Of a stretch of 15,406 bases of DNA, positions 8,869 through 15,406 are shown in pieces. Within the stretch, counting starts at the first letter, position 1. Each line of letters opens with the position of its first letter. The stretch is taken from the NCBI GenBank assembly GCA_036676985.1, contig JAKFBU010000024.1:1-15406 (forward strand). The letters are read 5' to 3'. A model generated the notes under the pieces. The model had not been told where the DNA came from. It was given only the letters and a program-made list of their open reading frames with translations, and made no database searches. A program made the position numbers and the translations under genes. This DNA is from Candidatus Sericytochromatia bacterium (GTDB lineage Bacteria > Cyanobacteriota > Sericytochromatia > S15B-MN24 > UBA4093).

Positions 8869-11263
8869 CTAGGCCGAGAGTTCCCTTGGCGCGTTCGGGT
8901 GCAACGGCAACGTGAACCAGAACAGCGAACCCTGTCCGGCCCCGTTACTCCGCACGCCGATGCTCCCCCCATGGGCCTCGACGATCGCCTTGCAGATGTT
9001 CAGTCCGAGGCCCGTCCCCCCCTTCCGGATCCCGCTCTCTAGTTGGCTGAAGGGCTCGAACAGCTTGGGAATGTCTTCTGGCTCGATACCGACCCCGGTA
9101 TCCTCAACCTCGCAAACGAGACCCTCCGTCCCGAGGCGCGCTCGCACCCGAACCGTTCCACCGGACGGGGTGTACTTGAACGCGTTGCCGACGAGATTGA
9201 CCAGGACCCGCTCGATGCGCTGGGGGTCCATGGGGACCACCAGCGGAGTCTCGGGGACCTCGACCTCCATACGCAGCCCGAGGTCTTCCTGCTGAGGACG
9301 CAAGCTCTCGGCGATTTCCCTGATTTTCTGGCCGAAATCGGCTTGCTCGAACTTGAGGCGGAAGGTCCCTGCTCCCAGTCGAGCGAAATCCAGGAGATCG
9401 TCGACCATGTGAACGAGACGATCCGTGCCCTTCTCGATCTGCAGGACGAAGTCATGCTGTTGTGGGCTGAGGGGGCCACCAATCTCGTCTTCCAGGAACT
9501 CCGCATAGCCTCTGATCGAGGTCAGGGGGGTTCTGAGATCGTGGGACACCGCGTTGATGAAGGCATTCTTCAGGCGATCGAGCTCCTTGATCCGCTCGTA
9601 ACGGTCCCTAAGCTCATCTTCCAGGCGTTTGCGCTCGGTCACATCCTGGAGAGTCCCCAGCATCCTCGTCGGGCGGTGGGCCTCATCGATGATCACCTCG
9701 GCCTGCCCGAAGAGAATCCGCACCTCCCCATCCGGACGAACGACCCGGAATTCCGCCGCGTAGGGGGCTTCTCCGCGGATGGCGCCCTGGAGGCGCTCAT
9801 GAACCAGCGCGCGATCGTCGGGATGCACCCGTTGCCGAAAATCGTCGTAGGTTGAAACGGAGTCCCGCGGCGTCAGCCCGAGCAGCCTGAGATTCTCGTC
9901 GCTCATGGTGACCCGCTGGCTGACGAGGTCCCACTCCCAGCTCCCGACATGCGCCACCTGCTGGGCCTGGTTGAGGCGACGCTCGCTCTCGCGAATCTCG
10001 TTCACCAGAGCCTCGAGATGCGCGGACGTCATGTTGAAGGAAGCACCGAGTTCCTCGACCTCCCGCAACTCCTCTGGCCGGGCCCTGGCCTCGAGCCTCC
10101 CTTCGGCAACCTGGCGCATCACGTCCTGCAGGCGTCTCATCGGACGGGTGATCAGGGTACCGAAGTAGCTGCTGACCAGGATGGCTGCGAACACGACGAG
10201 CAGGACCAAGAGGAACCTCGTGAGAAGGCGATGGTTGATCTCATCGAGGATCACGGTCCGATCGGGTTCGACGATGACGTACCATCCGGGCCACGCGAGG
10301 GCGGAAAAGGCGAAATGGCGCAAGGGCACGAAACGGTCCGGCTCCGACGGGACGGCGCCAGGATCGCAGGCCGCTGGTCTGATTCAAGGGAAGATACGGC
10401 TGCAGGGGCGGTAGCCGGGGCTCACCGACGTGGAGAACCAACCGTCCAGACGGGTCGATGATGCTGAGAGACCGCAGCCTGGACAACCGGTGTTGCTCCA
10501 GGATGCGGACAATCGTCGTTTGCTCGTTCTGAGACAGGCCCCCCGCGGCTCGGGACGGAAGGTGACTGTTGAGATCGAAGGCAGTCGCCTGGGCCACCAG
10601 CACGCCGAGTTGCCCCGCATTCCCCACCTCTTCGCGCCAGTAACGCTGGGCATCCCGCACGGTGAAGAACAGGCTGGGGAGACTCGTGAGAAACACCGCG
10701 AGCACGATGACGAACCGCTTGAAGGTAAGGGCAGGCAAACGTGCCCGGGGCAGGATGCGGCGCACCAGCATGCGTGTTCCGGGAAAGAGAAAGAACGATT
10801 CGACCAGCGCCGTATAGACAATCGCGGAGAGGACGCCCTTCAGGATGATGGAATACAGCGTCGGGGGCGATGGCAACTCGGAAAACAGCGTGAAGTAGAG
10901 GATCAGTACGGGCGTCCGGATGATCAGCCAGTAGAGCGGGTTCAGGAAGATGGGCATGATCCGGGGGGCCAAGAACCCCACGATCACCCCTTCGAGGGTG
11001 AGGCCGATGACGCCGGCCCAATCGTCCCAGTACGCCAGAGTCGGCAGGCCGGCGATGAACCCTGCGATCCCCCCCAGGAGCGGTCCGCCCGCTATCGCCG
11101 CCAGCAGAGAGAAGGCCGCTCCGAGCGGCAAGCTAACCCCCGGATAGAGGGGTATCGGAACCAGGTTGACGAGGGCACCGAGGGATCCCAGCAATCCAGC
11201 AACCAGCAACCGCCGGAGGGCCTCCGGCGGCATGCCTATGCGCAGCGATCGCTTCCCTGCCAT
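8869..11263 (-). pseudogene. Membrane sensor histidine kinase HK3 (multi-TM N-terminus, Cache-like loop, TM, HAMP, PAS, HisKA, HATPase_c), split by one frameshift at about 10300-10383; may be a sequencing error
   Basis: The upstream frame (10241..11527) encodes several TM helices and SLSIIDPSGRLVLH, then loses protein-like character. The downstream frame opens after TGA at 10384-10386 and continues the Cache-like strand (PGWYVIVE), then TM, HAMP (ITRPMRRL...EVEELGASFN), PAS (GSWEWD...VHPDD...DVTERK), H-box SHDLRTPLTSI, NAFKYT, DTGVGI, GTGLGL. ATG 11263 was chosen for the upstream GAGGAG; the start is uncertain. Confidence 0.8.
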
Positions 11264-11549
11264 TTGGTTTCGAACTCCTCGCATGCGTCGCGCCAAGAGA
11301 TCCCTATTATGGCGCTTCACCCGTGAAAAGTATGCCATCGAAAGGCCACGTCGAGCGCGTGTGGCCAGCCCCGCTCGCGGCGGATGGCTGTCTAGGCCGA
11401 GAGTCCCGGACGAACCGTGGTCCAAGCCCTCATACTCGACGGCATGGAATTTGGTCGTCGCAGCCGTCAGCAGACTCGAAGAGGGAGCGAGAAGCAGCCA
11501 AGTCGGGTAGAAAAATTTGGTGCCCATACTAAGCCCGTGAGGTCATTCG

Positions 11550-12035
11550 ATGCGCGTTCTTGTCATGGCCTTTGCGATCAGTCTCGCCTCAACCGCATGC
11601 CTATCGAATCCGCAGGCGACGCCATCGTCTCAAACTCCTACGGTCGACACGACACCGTCCCCTGAGCCCTCCGAAGACGATCCCCCACCGCTTGGGGGCG
11701 CTCCTATCGATCCCACGGCCACGTTCACCCGGGTTCAGAACGAAGTCTTCACGCCCACATGCTCGAGTATCGGCTGCCATGACTCGCTGGGTCAGCAATC
11801 GGGTATGGTGCTCACAAGGGGTAGCGGCTACGCCAATACGGTGGGTAAGGCCAGTGTCGAAACGCCTACGTTGAAGCTCATTCAGCCGAACGATCCCACC
11901 AACTCTTACCTGTATCGCAAGATCACGGGCGCTGGGATTACCGGGAATCGGATGCCCCAAGGCGGCCCGTACCTCTCGGACACTCAGCTGCAGCTCGTGC
12001 GAGACTGGATTCGACGAGGCGCGCCGAACGATTGA
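11550..12035 (+). CDS. Putative lipoprotein with a mono-heme cytochrome c-like domain (CX4CH)
   Basis: Signal peptide ending in lipobox-like STA-C17, Pro/Thr/Ser-rich linker, CSSIGCH, PNDPTNSYLYRKI, RMP (candidate distal Met), LVRDWIRRGA. Resembles Planctomycete-type cytochrome c domains. GAGG 7 nt before the ATG. Confidence 0.75.
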   Translation: MRVLVMAFAISLASTACLSNPQATPSSQTPTVDTTPSPEPSEDDPPPLGGAPIDPTATFTRVQNEVFTPTCSSIGCHDSLGQQSGMVLTRGSGYANTVGKASVETPTLKLIQPNDPTNSYLYRKITGAGITGNRMPQGGPYLSDTQLQLVRDWIRRGAPND

Positions 12036-12103
12036 CGCGACTTCGTAACGTTGAGTAAGGCGAGCAATTAAAGCAAAAGAGGCAAGGGGTGAAACGCAAA
12101 GAG

Positions 12104-12134
12104 CGAGGGTCTCGGGGAACCCCCGAGACCCTCG
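12104..12134. terminator. Strong hairpin between the convergent lipoprotein and tRNA genes; tRNA terminator, possibly bidirectional
   Basis: Perfect 14-bp stem CGAGGGTCTCGGGG / CCCCGAGACCCTCG with a 3-nt loop. Followed by CTCTTTGCGTTT on the minus strand and TCATTTCT on the plus strand. Confidence 0.8.
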
Positions 12135-12144
12135 TCATTTCTAG

Positions 12145-12217
12145 CTCCGCGTGCTGGACTCGAACCAGCGACCTAGTGATTAACAGTCACCCGCTCTACC
12201 GACTGAGCTAACGCGGA
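12145..12217 (-). tRNA. tRNA-Asn (anticodon GTT)
   Basis: TCCGCGTTAGCTCAGTCGGTAGAGCGGGTGACTGTTAATCACTAGGTCGCTGGTTCGAGTCCAGCACGCGGAG. Acceptor stem TCCGCGT/ACGCGGA, D arm, anticodon loop CTGTTAA, T loop TTCGAGT, discriminator G. CCA is not encoded (CTA follows). Confidence 0.97.
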
Positions 12218-12252
12218 ATGGCTTCGTTGTTCGCTCACCGCGAACAGTTAAG

Positions 12253-12282
12253 AATCTACCAAAAGCGGGTTGTGGTTGTCAA
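12253..12282 (-). promoter_or_regulatory. Sigma70 promoter of the tRNA-Asn gene
   Basis: Perfect TTGACA (12282-12277) - 18 nt - TAGATT (12258-12253) with an extended -10 TG; 35 nt upstream of the tRNA. Confidence 0.7.
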
Positions 12283-12347
12283 CGGATTGCTAGGAAATTC
12301 CTAATTCTTAAGTGTTGTGACGCCGAAAACCCGCCCGCTGCCTCGCG

Positions 12348-12356
12348 TGATACAAT
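12348..12356 (+). promoter_or_regulatory. Extended -10 promoter of the LCP operon
   Basis: TG-A-TACAAT matches TGnTATAAT with one mismatch; 42 nt upstream of ATG 12399. Confidence 0.55.
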
Positions 12357-12398
12357 CACCGCAGACCGTTACCAACCAAAGGATGGCACGTCGAACCC

Positions 12399-13619
12399 AT
12401 GGCCAAGCCCCCGTCCCGAGCCAGGCAAGAAGCGATCTTCCGCCGCCGCCGCCAGTCCCTCCTCGTCGTCTCCAGCCTCTTGATGGGCTCGCTCGGCGCC
12501 CTCGCCGGGGTCGGCACGCGCCACCTCCTGCCTGCCACCCACGCCCTCTTCGGCGGCGGCAGCGGCCTCCAGAAGCCGACCAACGTGCTCCTGGTCGGGG
12601 TCGACGACAACTACGACCCCAAGGGACGCAAGGTCAAGAACCAGCGGACGCGCACGGACACCCTCATGCTCGTGACCGTGCGTCCGGCCAAGAAGAGCCT
12701 GCACGTCCTCTCGATCCCCCGCGACACCCAGGTCCTCATCCCCGGCTACGGCACCGAGAAGATCAACGCCGCCCACGCCATCGGCGGTATCGATCGCACC
12801 AAGGCCGTCGTCGAGAGCCTGGTCGACGTCGAGGTGGACCACGTGGTCGAGGTGAGCCTCAAGGGGGCCATCCAATTCCTGGACGAGCTCGGCGGCGTCG
12901 ACGTCTTCGTCGAGAACCGGATGCACTACCAGGACAAGACGGCCAAGCTGCTCATCGACCTCAAGCCCGGCATGCAGCACCTGGACGGCAAGACGGCCGT
13001 CGGCTTCGCCCGCTTCCGCCACGACGCCCTGGGCGACATCGGGCGCGTGGCCCGCCAACAGGCCCTCCTGCATGCGCTCGAGCAAAAGCTCGTCAACCCC
13101 GTCAACTGGTGGCGTCTGCCCAAGCTTGCCTCCGCCGCGGGGCAGCTCTTCCACTCGGACTTCTCGGCGGGCGACTACGCGTCCTTCGCCTCCTTCGCCA
13201 AGGACCGGCCGGCTGTGAGCTACACGACCTTGCCCGGCGACTTCGGCTACCACGGCTACTGGATCCCGAACCATGGCCGCATCGCGAGCCTCATGCAGAG
13301 CCTCAACAACGACAAGCAGAGCGCTCCCAAGGCTGGCGGCGGGGCCCCGGTCTCGGTGGAGGTCCTCTACGGCGCGAGCCAGGAGCAGGCGGCGACCAGG
13401 CTCGCGGGCGTGCTCGGCGACCGGGGCCTCATGGTCGTGCGCACGGCACCGGTCACCAACCACATGAGCACCGCGACCCGGGTCATCGGCCGCAACGGCA
13501 ACCCCCACCAGAACAGCGTCCTCACCGCCTTGATGCCGCAGGCGGCCTGGCAGCTGAGCGACGACGAATCGCCCTACTCGGCCGACTACACCGTGGTGAT
13601 CGGGCCCGACTACCGATGA
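12399..13619 (+). CDS. LCP (LytR-CpsA-Psr) family glycopolymer transferase with C-terminal LytR_C-like domain
   Basis: Basic patch plus single TM anchor; motifs NVLLVGVD, RTDTLML, SIPRDT, KINAA, ARFRH...DIGRVARQQ; C-terminal VEVLYGA...ADYTVVIGPDY. Confidence 0.93.
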   Translation: MAKPPSRARQEAIFRRRRQSLLVVSSLLMGSLGALAGVGTRHLLPATHALFGGGSGLQKPTNVLLVGVDDNYDPKGRKVKNQRTRTDTLMLVTVRPAKKSLHVLSIPRDTQVLIPGYGTEKINAAHAIGGIDRTKAVVESLVDVEVDHVVEVSLKGAIQFLDELGGVDVFVENRMHYQDKTAKLLIDLKPGMQHLDGKTAVGFARFRHDALGDIGRVARQQALLHALEQKLVNPVNWWRLPKLASAAGQLFHSDFSAGDYASFASFAKDRPAVSYTTLPGDFGYHGYWIPNHGRIASLMQSLNNDKQSAPKAGGGAPVSVEVLYGASQEQAATRLAGVLGDRGLMVVRTAPVTNHMSTATRVIGRNGNPHQNSVLTALMPQAAWQLSDDESPYSADYTVVIGPDYR

Positions 13620-14311
13620 CGGCCGAGACGGTCCTCCAGGCACGCGACGTCACCAAGGCGTTCCGGAAGGACCGCGCGCGGCTGGCGGTGCTCAGAGGCG
13701 TCAGCCTGAACGTCGCCAAGGGCGAGTTCGTGGCCATCACGGGGCCGAGCGGCAGCGGCAAGAGCACTCTCTTGTACCTGCTCGGCGCGCTCGATAGGCC
13801 CACCGAGGGCGAGATCACCATCCTCGGCAAGCCGACCACCGGCATGAACGACAAGCGCCTGGCGGCCATGCGCCTGCAGGACATCGGCTTCGTCTTCCAG
13901 TTCCACTTCCTCCTGCCGGAGCTCAATGCCACCGAGAACGTCATGGCCCCCCTGCTCATCGCGGGGATGGCACCCGACAAGGCCCGGCCGAAGGCACAGT
14001 CCCTGTTGCGCAAGGTGGAGCTCGGGCACCGGCTCGACCACAAGCCCTCGGAGCTTTCGGGCGGCGAGCAGCAGCGCGTGGCGATCGCCCGCGCCCTCGT
14101 CCACGGCCCCGCGCTCCTCCTGGGAGACGAGCTCACGGGCAACCTGGACACGGGCACCGGCGAGTCCATCTACCAGCTCTTGCGGCAGTACAACCGCGAC
14201 CTCGGCCAGACGATCGTGGTGGTGACCCACAACGCGGAGCTGGCGCGCCATGCCGACCGGGTGATCGAGATGGTAGACGGCCAGGTACGCTCCGACTCGC
14301 GCCATGGCTAA
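13616..14311 (+). CDS. ABC transporter ATP-binding protein, LolD/MacB-N family
   Basis: Real start is ATG 13616 (ATGA overlap with the LCP stop), within the frame of the 12317..14311 track ORF. Walker A GPSGSGKS, GFVFQFHFLLPEL, LSGGEQQRVAIARAL, DELTGNLD, VVTH. Confidence 0.93.
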   Translation: MTAETVLQARDVTKAFRKDRARLAVLRGVSLNVAKGEFVAITGPSGSGKSTLLYLLGALDRPTEGEITILGKPTTGMNDKRLAAMRLQDIGFVFQFHFLLPELNATENVMAPLLIAGMAPDKARPKAQSLLRKVELGHRLDHKPSELSGGEQQRVAIARALVHGPALLLGDELTGNLDTGTGESIYQLLRQYNRDLGQTIVVVTHNAELARHADRVIEMVDGQVRSDSRHG

Positions 14312-14969
14312 CGTCCCCGCCGCTCCCTGGCACCTCGAGAGCCACCTGGGCTTCATCCAGGTCGGCCTGGTGCCCATCCAGTCGGTCCTGCACCTCTTGC
14401 CCGAGGGCACCGAGGTGGTGGCGGTGGTGCCCGGCCGGACCCTGCACGTGCTCGCCGCCGCCCGCTACGAGGCCGGATCCACCCTCGAGTACTCCGAGCT
14501 CTTGCTCGCGCCTGCGGCCGTGCGCACCCCTCAGGGCGTGGGGCTCTTTCCGACCCGGCTCTACGTGGACGACCAGACCTCGCTGCGCGGCGGGCATACC
14601 ATCTGGTCCCTGCCCAAGGAGCTCGCGGAGTTCGAGTGGACCGAGCGTTACGAGCCGGCGCAGGGGTTCTTCGGGCGCGAAGGCAAGAGCCACGAGCTGA
14701 AGGTCCGCCAGGCCGGGTCGACCCTGCTCGAGGCCTGGTGGATGCCCCGCTACGCGACGCTCCCCTTCACGACCCGGCTGCCGGTCGTGAGCCACCGCGA
14801 CGGCACGCTCCGCACATGGCAGGCCGAAGCCTCGGCCCGTGCCCGACTCGCCACGAGGCACCTGGAGGCCCCGCCGGGTTCGCCGTTCGCCGACCACCTG
14901 CCCGGTGTTGCGACCGCGTTCCACCTGGCGGATCTCCGCATGGACGTGCCCGCGCCCGACTGGATCTGA
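14304..14969 (+). CDS. Acetoacetate decarboxylase-like (ADC) family protein
   Basis: N-terminal PAAPW, LEYSEL and LYVDDQTSLRGGHTIWSLPKELAEF with the conserved PK lysine (Schiff-base residue in this superfamily). Overlaps the upstream gene by 8 nt. Confidence 0.8.
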   Translation: MANVPAAPWHLESHLGFIQVGLVPIQSVLHLLPEGTEVVAVVPGRTLHVLAAARYEAGSTLEYSELLLAPAAVRTPQGVGLFPTRLYVDDQTSLRGGHTIWSLPKELAEFEWTERYEPAQGFFGREGKSHELKVRQAGSTLLEAWWMPRYATLPFTTRLPVVSHRDGTLRTWQAEASARARLATRHLEAPPGSPFADHLPGVATAFHLADLRMDVPAPDWI

Positions 14970-15005
14970 ACTCCTCCCCCACCCGACAGACTAACCGGAA
15001 AAGTA

Positions 15006-15031
15006 AGAGGCCGCCCGTTCGGGCGGCCTCT
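15006..15031 (-). terminator. Intrinsic terminator after recA
   Basis: 11-bp stem AGAGGCCGCCC / GGGCGGCCTCT with a 4-nt loop, followed by TACTTTT on the minus strand; 5 nt after the recA stop. Confidence 0.85.
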
Positions 15032-15036
15032 CGGCG

Positions 15037-15406
15037 TTATTCCTCGTCGTCCAGCCCGTCTTCGGGCATGTCCTCCACCGGCTCGGGGGGAGCGACCTCC
15101 TGGTTGATGAGCGTGAGCTTGGTGCGCACGAGGCGCTCGATCTCGTCGAGCAGCTCGGGCTGGCTGTCCAGGAAGGTCTTGGCGCCGTCCCGGCCCTGGC
15201 CGATCTTGTTGTCGCCGTAGCTGAACCAGCTGCCCGACTTCTTGACGATCTCGTGCTCCACGGCCATGTCGAGCACGCAGCCCGCGCGGCTGACGCCCTC
15301 GCCGAACATGAGGTCGAACTCGCAGACCCGGAAGGGGGGGCTGACCTTGTTCTTGACGACCTTGGTCTTGACCCGGTTGCCGATCTCGACGCCGTCCTTC
15401 TTGAGG
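15037..15406 (-). CDS. recA: Recombinase RecA, 3' part
   Basis: [39 protein letters not shown]...[20 protein letters not shown] with an acidic C-terminal tail. Confidence 0.97.
   Translation of the reverse strand, partial: LKKDGVEIGNRVKTKVVKNKVSPPFRVCEFDLMFGEGVSRAGCVLDMAVEHEIVKKSGSWFSYGDNKIGQGRDGAKTFLDSQPELLDEIERLVRTKLTLINQEVAPPEPVEDMPEDGLDDEE

Noticed and set aside
12072-12103. GGCAA...GAAACGCAAAG, superficially like a c-di-GMP-I riboswitch
   Set aside because: The paired stems are absent and no same-strand gene follows closely; better explained as the complement of the tRNA terminator tail.
12317-13615. Apparent 664-aa fusion ending in the ABC ATPase
   Set aside because: The first 433 codons are an off-frame read of the LCP gene; the real start is ATG 13616.

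Overview
GC-rich bacterial chromosomal window in two parts separated by a tRNA-Asn(GTT) gene (12145-12217, minus strand). Right of the tRNA are housekeeping-type genes: an overlapping LCP/LytR_C - LolD-like ABC ATPase - acetoacetate-decarboxylase-family operon, convergent with the 3' end of recA. Left of the tRNA is an accessory, signalling-rich block. It contains a CX4CH cytochrome-c-like lipoprotein, a frameshifted membrane HAMP-PAS histidine kinase, two tandem paralogous PAS histidine kinases, a collapsed kinase remnant between them, a short class II UvrA (DrrC/Ecm16-like) and the 5' part of a soluble poly-HAMP protein. The most notable pattern is the kinase array, which has no response regulator in the window. 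HK1 and HK2 share a colinear, near-identical transmitter with an identical H-box helix but carry different sensor heads. HK1 appears to carry an internally deleted MASE1 domain plus an extra PAS module, and the remnant is built from three joined pieces of a Cache-type kinase. Domain names come from motif recognition by eye; no searches were run.
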